From: an uncultured Verrucomicrobiae bacterium
Lineage (GTDB): Bacteria; Verrucomicrobiota; Verrucomicrobiia; Chthoniobacterales; UBA10450
DNA: 64,000 nucleotides
Assembly (NCBI GenBank): GCA_963815455.1
Contig: CAWFGO010000001.1
Span: forward strand, 1,671,602 to 1,735,601
Reading direction: 5' to 3'
A program made the translations under genes and the position numbers. Shown piece by piece: positions 40,591 to 48,109 of this stretch (positions are counted from its first letter, which is position 1; every line of letters starts with the position of its first letter). The notes beneath the pieces are model-generated. The model did no database searches and was not told where the DNA came from. It was given only the letters and a program-made list of their open reading frames with translations.

Positions 40591-40811
40591 GTTTGATTTG
40601 GCCGCAGGGTGGAACGCTGCTCGGCGCTGGAGCTGGTCCTTTGAAACGAAGGGATCATCGCTTAGATGGGGCGCGTTCCGCCCAAAGCGGCTTCCCAAAG
40701 TCAGGCACGACATCATGGGCTCGCACAACAAAAGCGATGCTCGAATAGGAGCTGGTGACTCGCCCCGGCGAGACAACACGACAGAGGGAAGCTGCACCCT
40801 GCGGATCAAAC
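40591..40811 (+). ncRNA. Predicted seek/bridge RNA of element B
   Basis: Stem 40607-40617/40673-40683 encloses CGCTGGAGCT (rc of target AGCTCCAGCG), an inner hairpin and TTAG; second stem 40687-40696/40786-40795 encloses ATAGGAG. Confidence 0.75.
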
Positions 40812-40909
40812 CACTAAAGATTGGAAAAACCGGGAAAGGAAAAAACTAAAGAAAAACAAACAATACCCGTTCCACGGTTGACAACCCTCATAGGGGCTCC
40901 AGCGATTGG

Positions 40910-41308
40910 TTAGACCGCATTGGCAACTCCATGGCGCAATCGCCAACATACTGCCGCCCATACGAAAGGTAATACAACAAGAAGGGCTATGTCACATGTC
41001 CAGAACGCCACCGTCCAAGACAAGCTAACTAAAGTCCAGAAGCCATATCCCCGAATCTGTTGGTAAGCTATAGGCCCGAGAAAACAGGCGGGCGCAAACG
41101 AAGCGACGAGTAGTATCCAAGCGATAATTCGACGGGGGCGTACTGCGAACCAAATCGAAAGGCCAACCACGCAGCAAACCAGTACAATGACGGGCGTGAC
41201 TGTGGCGACGTCGCTAGCCCGGACGCCTTCGCCCCAGAGGGCCATTGCACAACCAGCCAACAACGGTATCCAGGCAATTGCTGTTAGCACCGAAATCACT
41301 CGGATCAT
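40910..41308 (-). CDS. Cassette 9: four-TM hypothetical membrane protein
   Basis: Hydrophobic ORF whose stop codon lies in the attC inverse core. Confidence 0.7.
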   Translation of the reverse strand: MIRVISVLTAIAWIPLLAGCAMALWGEGVRASDVATVTPVIVLVCCVVGLSIWFAVRPRRIIAWILLVASFAPACFLGPIAYQQIRGYGFWTLVSLSWTVAFWTCDIALLVVLPFVWAAVCWRLRHGVANAV

Positions 41309-41322
41309 GGCATTTCTTTGAG

Positions 41323-41445
41323 GTCTAACGAGAACAAGCTCAGCCACCGCTGACGAGAGCGAGCTGTGCTGCGGATTTCAATGTTGAAGTTGTCATATGT
41401 AAATTCTCTCGTCGGTCAGCGGTTGGCTGGAGCGATTGGTTAGAC
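41323..41445 (-). repeat. attC 8
   Basis: GTCTAACGAGAACAAGCTCAGCCACCGCTGAC...GTCAGCGGTTGGCTGGAGCGATTGGTTAGAC. Confidence 0.92.
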
Positions 41446-41457
41446 GAATCGGCATGC

Positions 41458-41889
41458 TCATGGTTTTGTCAGAACTGGCGTAACCACCGATCCATCCAAC
41501 AGCACAACGACGCGTGGGTCCTGATCCGCTTCATCTGTCGGGGTTCGATCGGCGAAGCCAATCCAATAGAACCATAGGCTGATCGGTATGTCCTGCTTCA
41601 CCGGCCGATGAAGCGCGACATAGGTGACAGGAAGTTCTCCAGTGCGGCCTTGAGACCGAAGATAGCTGCGTGCAATCTCGATGGCGCGCGAGGGAGAAAG
41701 TTCGGGGTCGCGCCGCGTGTTCCACGCGCCAGTGTCCTGTAACCTCGCCTCGGGGACGCTCCACGTCAGCTTCCAGTGGAAGCCAGTAACAGATATCAGC
41801 TCACGCGTGCCTTGCGCGGTGGATTCACCAAGCATCGCGAGCGCGAACAGCGGCAGCGAAGTAAGCAGCAGAAGCGTTGCGCGTCTCAT
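41458..41889 (-). CDS. Cassette 8: exported hypothetical protein
   Basis: Signal peptide; PELSPSRAIEIARSYL...VVVLLDGSVV. Confidence 0.72.
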   Translation of the reverse strand: MRRATLLLLTSLPLFALAMLGESTAQGTRELISVTGFHWKLTWSVPEARLQDTGAWNTRRDPELSPSRAIEIARSYLRSQGRTGELPVTYVALHRPVKQDIPISLWFYWIGFADRTPTDEADQDPRVVVLLDGSVVTPVLTKP

Positions 41890-42044
41890 TCGTCTAACGA
41901 GACCGAGCTCAGCCACCGCTGGCGGGAGCGAGCGTGGTTTGCAATGAACGTGTTTTCATAAAGGAAAGCGAGGCCGTACGCCGGCCAGCGGTTGGAGTCA
42001 TGTAGGCTTCCAGGACAGCGCCCGGAGGCACTATCCTGGAAGTT

Positions 42045-43175
42045 ATGATTACCTACAAAGTAGAAGATAACGTTGTGACCCAGTTTTCTGCAATCTTTAA
42101 AGGGCTTGGGTCGAAACCGAGTGTGATTCACATGGCGCTGGATGTCGAACTCCACGGCGGAGTGATGGCGGTGCGAGTGGCGGGCGGGCGACCAATGGAT
42201 TGCGGCCAGTGTAGCCGGAGCACGATTGCGAAGTTGGCCTGGGAACTGATTGACCGCGGGCACCGGGTGGTACTGGTGGAGGAGGCGTGCGGGTTTGGCT
42301 ACGCGTTTCATCGGCAACTGCGTGGAATGGGAGTGGAGGCGTATGTGGTGGCGACCGAGATGCTCAACCGCAAACGCAAGACCAATCGGCGGGATGCGGC
42401 CAAGCTGCTCGATCAGCTTTACGATTACGATGTTAACGGGCACAAAAAAGCGCTGCGCATAATCCGGGTCCCAACCCTCGATGAGCAGAAGAGCCGGCGG
42501 CTTTGCCGGATGCGCTCGCAGTTGGTCAAGGTGCGTAACATCATGGAAGGACAAGGCCGCGGGCTCCTGTTCGATTTCGATTACCATGAAGTGCCGCCAG
42601 GCTGGTGGGGACCGCGCAAATGGCCCAGGCTGCGGGCAAAACTTCTCCAGCACGATGCCTGGCTGATCGAGATGCTCGAGCATCACCAGCGTTTGCTCAT
42701 TGCTCAGCAGAGAAGAATTGCCGAGCTGGAGCGCGAGATCGCCCGGGAAAGTCATTACGATGGGCGCAAAGTAGCCAAGGGCCTGGGCCAAATCACCTTC
42801 GATTCTCTGCAACGCGAAGCGCTGGATTGGAAACGCTTCGCCAATCGCAGAGCGATCGGCTCTTACATTGGCTGTTGTCCGGCGGAATTTAGTACCGGCT
42901 CCAGACAAAAGCTTGGGAGTATCGATCGACTGGGTAATCGCCGCATGCGCACGCTGTTAGTCGAAGCGGTCTGGCGACTGAAAAAATGGAATCCGGGCTG
43001 GCGGGGATTTGGGAAATTTCCCCACGTCTTTGGTCACGGAGCCAGCGCCCGCGGAGCCACGCGCAAAAAAGCGGTGGTAGCCTGTGCCCGACTGCTGGCG
43101 ATCGATCTGTGGCGACTCCAAACCGGGCGGGCCACGCTCAAAGATCTCGGACTCAAACCAGCCCAGGCCCGATGA
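42045..43175 (+). CDS. IS110-family recombinase C
   Basis: MALDVE, EEACGFGY, RKTNRRDA, GCCPAEFSTG, GNRRMRTLLVEAVW; homologous to B. Confidence 0.92.
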   Translation: MITYKVEDNVVTQFSAIFKGLGSKPSVIHMALDVELHGGVMAVRVAGGRPMDCGQCSRSTIAKLAWELIDRGHRVVLVEEACGFGYAFHRQLRGMGVEAYVVATEMLNRKRKTNRRDAAKLLDQLYDYDVNGHKKALRIIRVPTLDEQKSRRLCRMRSQLVKVRNIMEGQGRGLLFDFDYHEVPPGWWGPRKWPRLRAKLLQHDAWLIEMLEHHQRLLIAQQRRIAELEREIARESHYDGRKVAKGLGQITFDSLQREALDWKRFANRRAIGSYIGCCPAEFSTGSRQKLGSIDRLGNRRMRTLLVEAVWRLKKWNPGWRGFGKFPHVFGHGASARGATRKKAVVACARLLAIDLWRLQTGRATLKDLGLKPAQAR

Positions 43176-43296
43176 ACACAGAAAAACTGTCATACGATAC
43201 CCGCATGGCTTGCTCCATCAAAGCCCCCAAAGGTTTGGTAGGGGGACTTTGATTCCGCAATCCATGCTTTAGCGAACCTCACTAAATGAATACTTT

Positions 43297-43503
43297 GGAC
43301 AGTTGGGCGACAGATCGAAGCTCTGCAGCTGGCCGGCCGCACTGGCCTGGCCGCCGTGTTAGAATGGTCGGCGCCCCTCTGTCCTCCCTCTTGATACGCG
43401 TCGAATTAGACACATTGCACTGCTCCAAGAATAAGCATGTGCGGATAGGAGTTTGTCTCGCATCCCTTCAAAAAGGAATAAGCCGAACCAAAATAGAGGG
43501 AGG
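43297..43503 (+). ncRNA. Predicted seek/bridge RNA of element C
   Basis: GGACAG..GGGCG / CGCCC..CTGTCC stem encloses CTGCAGCT, an inner hairpin and GTTAG; second stem 43383-43391/43495-43503 encloses ATAGGAG. Confidence 0.72.
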
Positions 43504-43589
43504 AGCTGTTCCGAAGCCTAACCAACTAAATCGAATGAACTAAAACCTTTTTACCTCCAAACGCTGATCCTGTTCACCACGCTTGACCC

Positions 43590-44015
43590 TCATAGGGGCT
43601 GCAGCGATTGGTTAGGCGTTTGGCGATACTCGCGTGTGACGTCCTCAATCCCCTTCGCAAGGACAACGCCCTCAAATCCCACGGCCGAAGAAATCTCCCA
43701 CGCGTGCAAAGACTCTGACTCAAGCGCTGCCTTATATCGCGTGCGATCGCTGTCCCACCGCGAGACACCATGCTGGCGATTCCACTCCGCCAAGCGGTCG
43801 GCGAACCGATCTACAAACTCGGTCAATGGAATCTGTGCGATGTCCAGGATGATCGCGCCGCCGGTATGGACGAAATGGTAAAACTCAACATCGCGGAAGC
43901 GAATGTGCGATTCCTCTGGGGGTTGTGGCGGATAGTCGTAGACAAGGTGCAGTACGATTTCGCCGCCGAACCTGCGAACTTCGTAGCCGCTGAGGTGGAA
44001 ATCGTGGAAGCGCAT
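43590..44015 (-). CDS. Cassette 7: hypothetical cytoplasmic protein (reads into the attC)
   Basis: MRFHDFHLSGYEV...ISSAVGFEGVVLAK. Confidence 0.75.
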   Translation of the reverse strand: MRFHDFHLSGYEVRRFGGEIVLHLVYDYPPQPPEESHIRFRDVEFYHFVHTGGAIILDIAQIPLTEFVDRFADRLAEWNRQHGVSRWDSDRTRYKAALESESLHAWEISSAVGFEGVVLAKGIEDVTREYRQTPNQSLQPL

Positions 44016-44021
44016 CTTTAC

Positions 44022-44145
44022 GCCTAACGAGAACAAGCTCAGCCACCGCTGGCGGGAGCGAGCTTTGCTTCAGAGTTGAATGTTGAAGTCATGTGAAAAC
44101 TAAACGTCGGAACGGCCAGCGGTTGGCTGGAGCGATTGGTTAGAT
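44022..44145 (-). repeat. attC 6
   Basis: GCCTAAC...GTTAGAT with consensus arms. Confidence 0.92.
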
Positions 44146-44161
44146 CGTTGGCGTGCCATGC

Positions 44162-44404
44162 TCATGTGCGGAGAAATAGGCTGCGGAAGAATCGGTAGCC
44201 GTGGTATCCGGCCATAATGAAGGGCCATGAGAAAAGAAAACCGCCAAACGCACAACCAATCTGAGAAAGAACGAGTTGGTATCCGCTGATATCGCACATC
44301 GGTCTGACTGCGATGCCCGCAGAGATGCCAAACGCAGCGGGGAGATACAGGGTGACAATCCGAGGAGGCTTTTTCTCCGGCAGTGATGTGTCGATCGGTT
44401 TCAC
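44162..44404 (-). CDS. Cassette 6: small two-TM protein (MKPI family)
   Basis: [16 protein letters not shown]...GYHGYRFFRSLF. Confidence 0.7.
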   Translation of the reverse strand: MKPIDTSLPEKKPPRIVTLYLPAAFGISAGIAVRPMCDISGYQLVLSQIGCAFGGFLFSWPFIMAGYHGYRFFRSLFLRT

Positions 44405-44405
44405 G

Positions 44406-44528
44406 ATCTAACGAGAATGAGCTCAGCCACCGCTGGCGAGGGCGAGCATGGACTGAAATGGATGCGCTTTCATAAATCCTGGCGAGGCACCGCGACGGCC
44501 AGCGGTTGGCTGGAGCGATTGGTTAGAT
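44406..44528 (-). repeat. attC 5
   Basis: ATCTAAC...GTTAGAT with consensus arms. Confidence 0.92.
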
Positions 44529-44731
44529 GGTGGACGTGACTTCACGAGAAACGTGGTAGGAAAAGTCTGTGGGAGAGAAGGGGGCTTTCGCCTCATGGGA
44601 AATAATGAATCAGAATCGGGAGAAAAGCGCTACTTCAAAATGAGCGGTGTAATCAGACGATTCCATTGAGCGCGTCGAATCTGCTTCGAGGACTTGGCCA
44701 TCAGTCCTTCTGTGGAAGCGCGCAGAACCAT
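44529..44731 (-). other. Cassette 5: ~200-bp cassette with only a ~33-codon ORF
   Basis: Between attC 5 and attC 4; the ATG in the core site gives MVLRASTEGLMAKSSKQIRRAQWNRLITPLILK*. Confidence 0.7.
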
Positions 44732-44855
44732 CTAACGAGACGGAGCTCAGCCACCGCTCCGGCAGCGCGGCTCCGCAACGGTTGAGAATACACTAATCAA
44801 GATCGACATCGACGCGCAACGCCAAAGAGCGGTTGGCTGGAGCGATTTGTTAGAT
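44730..44855 (-). repeat. attC 4
   Basis: ATCTAACGAGACGGAGCTCAGCCACCGCTC...GAGCGGTTGGCTGGAGCGATTTGTTAGAT. Confidence 0.92.
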
Positions 44856-44879
44856 GATTTCGGTGAAGGGCTCAACATA

Positions 44880-45203
44880 TTAGCCCGCCATCAGGTAAGC
44901 GTTGACAATCTGGATTACGAACGCGACCCCAAGCAGCGTCCAGCCGCGCTCTGCTCGGAGAAAGAAAACAAAAACAGCGACTAATGCAACATAGAACAAC
45001 GCCCCCCAGCCGGAGATAAGACTTACCATGAGCGTCCAGGGAACGATGCCGCTGCCGAATGGATTTATCCAGCCCACGCGAATCCACCAGCCAAACGTGA
45101 TCGCGATCATGCATGTAACGACAAACAGGAACGCCCGTCCAGCTACCGAGCGAAACGCCGCGGTGAATATGGATAGCGGATAGTCAGCGGCCGGTTCGCG
45201 CAT
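44880..45203 (-). CDS. Cassette 4: small membrane protein
   Basis: Three hydrophobic segments; lies between attC sites. Confidence 0.68.
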   Translation of the reverse strand: MREPAADYPLSIFTAAFRSVAGRAFLFVVTCMIAITFGWWIRVGWINPFGSGIVPWTLMVSLISGWGALFYVALVAVFVFFLRAERGWTLLGVAFVIQIVNAYLMAG

Positions 45204-45206
45204 ATC

Positions 45207-45330
45207 ATCTAACGAGAACAAGCTGAGCCACCGCTGGCGGGAGCGAGCGTGGCAAACAAGGGGAACTGTTTCATAAAATCAAACGTGGACTTCACAGCGG
45301 CCAGCGGTTGGCTCGAGCGATTGGTTAGAT
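45207..45330 (-). repeat. attC 3
   Basis: ATCTAAC...GTTAGAT; close copy of attC 1. Confidence 0.92.
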
Positions 45331-45351
45331 GTGTTAACGCTCATGCGCAGC

Positions 45352-45669
45352 CTAACGGCTCTGTCCATTTGTTCTTGCTCGTCGCCGAAGAAAAACATCG
45401 AAAAGAGCGCCCCAAACAATCCACTGAAGTCCGCCGATCACCAAAACCGCGACGGCAAATTGCCACTCTGGCCACAAAGTCGCTCTTAACATTGTAATGA
45501 TGAGACTCAAAGGAAGATCTAGCTGGATTGGGTAGAGCCAGAACATCGGACTGTTTGGGTCCGTGCTCACCACGGTAATCCGCCAGATCCACGCGACGAA
45601 AAGTGTGTGCAAACACAAACAAATCAAAGCAGACGGCCACCGCCTCATGATAGCAACGACGCTCAACAT
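45352..45669 (-). CDS. Cassette 3: small membrane protein
   Basis: PMFWLYPIQLDLPLS...IGGLQW; hydrophobic. Confidence 0.68.
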   Translation of the reverse strand: MLSVVAIMRRWPSALICLCLHTLFVAWIWRITVVSTDPNSPMFWLYPIQLDLPLSLIITMLRATLWPEWQFAVAVLVIGGLQWIVWGALFDVFLRRRARTNGQSR

Positions 45670-45790
45670 CTAACGAGAACGAGCTCAGCCACCGCTGGCG
45701 GGAACGAGCTTTCGTAACATCGACAACTGTTTCATAAGGAAAAGCGAGATACCGCGACGGCCAGCGGTTGGCTGGAGCGATTGGTTAGAT
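45668..45790 (-). repeat. attC 2
   Basis: ATCTAAC...GTTAGAT with consensus arms. Confidence 0.92.
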
Positions 45791-46089
45791 GACTTCGGTG
45801 TGCCACGAAAATGGCGCCTAACTAAAGCGATGACACTGGCCAACCACGCAATGAACACCACGGCTATTCGCGTGTATAACTCCGCGCGATACCACTCGAC
45901 CCAGCCCCGAAACCACTCGGGTGGGAGAAAACGAAAGTGCCAAATCTGGCGAATCATATCGGCGTCTGTCTCTCCTGGCCGCGACATCCAAACGATTGCG
46001 ACGAGCATGGCGCTCACTAACCACAACGCTAGCGCCGCGGCAAGCAACGTGACAACCAACAGCTGAATAACTAGTGCGCGCTTAGTCAT
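45685..46089 (-). CDS. Cassette 2: two-TM protein whose ORF runs through most of attC 2
   Basis: ATG overlaps the GTTAGATG core; tail SNQSLQPTAGR is attC-encoded. Confidence 0.65.
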   Translation of the reverse strand: MTKRALVIQLLVVTLLAAALALWLVSAMLVAIVWMSRPGETDADMIRQIWHFRFLPPEWFRGWVEWYRAELYTRIAVVFIAWLASVIALVRRHFRGTPKSSNQSLQPTAGRRGISLFLMKQLSMLRKLVPASGG

Positions 46090-46211
46090 CTAACGAGAAA
46101 AAGCTGAGCCACCGCTGGCGGCGGCGGGCGCGGCAAGCATCACGAACTGTTTCATAAAATCAAATCTGGACTTCACAACGGCCAGCGGTTGGCTCGAGCG
46201 ATTGGTTAGGT
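46088..46211 (-). repeat. attC 1
   Basis: ATCTAAC...GTTAGGT with consensus arms. Confidence 0.92.
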
Positions 46212-46663
46212 CGCCTGTCTACATCTGGTGCTCGTATCAATGACTTCGCCATTGCTCGCGCGAATTACGGTGACGGCGACGCCGCCCATCATGTTGGGTG
46301 GCAGATAACCTCCAAACGATCCAAAAGTCGCCGGACCGGACGGCATAAAAGCTGTTCTGCTGCGATCTCGCATTTGCCGTAAATGGCGCCACAAACCGCG
46401 CTGTGAATGGCCGCTGCTACCTCCGCCGTTGGGACGACAGGCGATGCATTGCTCATCGGTGACTCGCTGCGATACCTGCCCGGCGTGCTGGGTAGAGAAG
46501 ATCGTCGGCGGTTGGTGGCGCGAGCCGCAGCGAGCAATCCCAGCCCGATGCCCAACGATGTAACCGGCTGCGCCCAGATGCCAATCGCAACGCAGAACAA
46601 ACGGGTGACAACAATGATCCGAGGAGGCTTTTTCTCCGGCAGTGATGTGTCGATCGGTTTCAC
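46206..46663 (-). CDS. Cassette 1: MKPI-family N-terminus fused to a YbbC/YhhH-like (NTF2-fold immunity) domain, frameshifted
   Basis: [11 protein letters not shown]....AIYG...EQ, then in another frame [24 protein letters not shown], matching the family pattern VPD.ETA.....IYG...G.LP....GGV....I....G.I. Confidence 0.55.
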
Positions 46664-46664
46664 G

Positions 46665-46690
46665 ATCTAACGAGAAGTGGACGGAGAAAC
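46665..46690 (-). other. Putative attI site (core GTTAGAT at 46671-46665)
   Basis: Last core site before intI, with no palindromic arm beyond it. Confidence 0.7.
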
Positions 46691-46764
46691 CATGTAATTA
46701 CTTTGCGGAGTTTGTCTGTCTAATTGGCTTGCCTGCCCGGGAGCAGCCGAATAAAACTGTGGTC

Positions 46765-47820
46765 ATGTCCTCTGATTTAACTCTGGAAGAATCAGCTGCC
46801 AAGTACAAAATGCCTGCGGCTCAGGAGGCCCAGCCCAGGTTGCTCGATCGGGTCCGCGATGTCATGCGGCTGAAGCATTATTCTTTGCGAACAGAGAGAA
46901 CCTATTGGGAATGGATCGAAAGATTCATTCGTTATAACGGCACAGGGCTGCCTCCAGCGGCCTGGCCGCATCCCTCTAAGCTGGGTCCGGACGAAGTGAC
47001 GGCCTTTCTGACTCATCTGGCCCGGGACCTGAACGTTGCCGCTGCAACCCAGAATCAGGCCTTGAGCGCGTTGTTGTTTCTTTACAAGGAAGTGCTCAAG
47101 AAAGACATCGGCTGGCTCGATGGAGTAGAGCGAGCAAAGAAACCGTCGCGCCTTCCGGTGGTGCTGACGCGCAGCGAAGTAAAACGCATTTTCGAGCATC
47201 TCCGGGGCACGCCTCGATTGATGGCAGGCCTGCTTTACGGTAGCGGGCTGCGCTTGATGGAGTGCGTCCGGTTACGCGTGAAGGACGTAGATTTCGGCTA
47301 CACGCAAATCGTGGTGCGTAACGGCAAGGGTGGAAAGGATCGAGTGACGATGTTGCCGGTCAATCTAGCCGTGTCGTTACAACTCCACCTCGATAAGGTG
47401 CGGGCGCAACATGCAGAGGATCTGGCCAACGGGTTCGGTGCGGTTTATCTGCCCGACGCGTTAGAGCGAAAATATCCCAACGCGGCGCGGGAGTTCGCCT
47501 GGCAGTATGTGTTTCCCTCGCGCAAGCTCTCGATCGATCCGCGTTCGGGCTCGGGAGGAGAACCGCCATTTCGGGGGCGACACCACGCCAACGAGACCTG
47601 GTTACAACAGGAGGTGAAGCGAGCCGTACGCGAATCGGGCATCGATAAAGCAGCCAGTTGTCATACGTTGCGACACTCATTTGCCACACACTTGCTGGAA
47701 AATGGCTCCGATATCCGGACTGTTCAGGCCTTGCTCGGGCACAAAGATGTAAGCACGACCATGATTTATACGCACGTTTTGAACCGGCCGGGGATTGGAG
47801 TGCGAAGTCCGCTGGACTAA
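46765..47820 (+). CDS. intI: Integron integrase
   Basis: [31 protein letters not shown], IntI-specific insertion [12 protein letters not shown]...[38 protein letters not shown]. Confidence 0.98.
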   Translation: MSSDLTLEESAAKYKMPAAQEAQPRLLDRVRDVMRLKHYSLRTERTYWEWIERFIRYNGTGLPPAAWPHPSKLGPDEVTAFLTHLARDLNVAAATQNQALSALLFLYKEVLKKDIGWLDGVERAKKPSRLPVVLTRSEVKRIFEHLRGTPRLMAGLLYGSGLRLMECVRLRVKDVDFGYTQIVVRNGKGGKDRVTMLPVNLAVSLQLHLDKVRAQHAEDLANGFGAVYLPDALERKYPNAAREFAWQYVFPSRKLSIDPRSGSGGEPPFRGRHHANETWLQQEVKRAVRESGIDKAASCHTLRHSFATHLLENGSDIRTVQALLGHKDVSTTMIYTHVLNRPGIGVRSPLD

Positions 47821-48109
47821 GAACGCGGAGCGTTCCGGTTGATCGGTTATTTGTTAAGGGTTATTCGGGGGGGGTGTAGAATCGGTAGTCGTTTGCCTTC
47901 CCGAACGCTTCAGCCGATGCACAAGGCTACGGCTCGACAAGACGGCGTGACAGACAGGCTGTGGCTATAGGAGAGAAAGGCAATTGCGGCCGACACTCCG
48001 AAATTCTTCGCCCGCCGCGGCGGGCAGGCTGAGCAGGCGGCCGCCCCTACACCAAAAGGGACGGCTCGCAGAGCCCCGCACACGGCGGGCAGGCTGTGGC
48101 TACCGGAGA

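Larger units (their letters stand above)
39374..40896 (+). mobile_element. IS110-family element B (IS1111-like layout: long right non-coding end)
   Basis: Subterminal imperfect IR ATGAAGGGTTG / CAACCCTCAT; right end ACCCTCATAGGGG is identical to element C. Confidence 0.88.
39269..40915 (-). repeat. attC 9, split by IS110 element B (halves 39269-39373 and 40897-40915)
   Basis: Rejoined sequence ...CCGTTAG|CTCCAGCGATTGGTTAGAC fits the array attC pattern. Confidence 0.88.
41996..43598 (+). mobile_element. IS110-family element C (IS1111-like layout)
   Basis: Inserted at the same attC position as B; shared right end ACCCTCATAGGGG. Confidence 0.9.
41892..43617 (-). repeat. attC 7, split by IS110 element C (halves 41892-41995 and 43599-43617)
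   Basis: Rejoined sequence GGCCAGCGGTTGG|CTGCAGCGATTGGTTAGGC matches the array consensus. Confidence 0.92.
36620..47820. mobile_element. Integron: intI (+), attI and 11 gene cassettes on the minus strand
   Basis: IntI divergent from an array of short minus-strand ORFs, each followed by a homogeneous ~123-bp imperfect palindrome bounded by RYYTAAC and GTTAGRY. Confidence 0.95.

Noticed and set aside
41886..42908. Long antisense ORFs such as the 340-aa ORF opposite recombinase C and the 373-aa ORF at 33352-34473 opposite rnr
   Set aside because: Shadow ORFs expected in GC-rich coding DNA; no protein motifs.
36620..46671. Regularly recurring repeats as a CRISPR array
   Set aside because: Repeats are ~123-bp imperfect palindromes separated by whole genes, bounded by RYYTAAC/GTTAGRY and next to intI; no cas genes. 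They are attC sites.
46672..46764. LexA box and cassette promoter Pc in the attI-intI spacer
   Set aside because: No TGTTC-N4-GAACA or CTGT-N8-ACAG motif is visible and only weak -35/-10 matches exist; not supportable.
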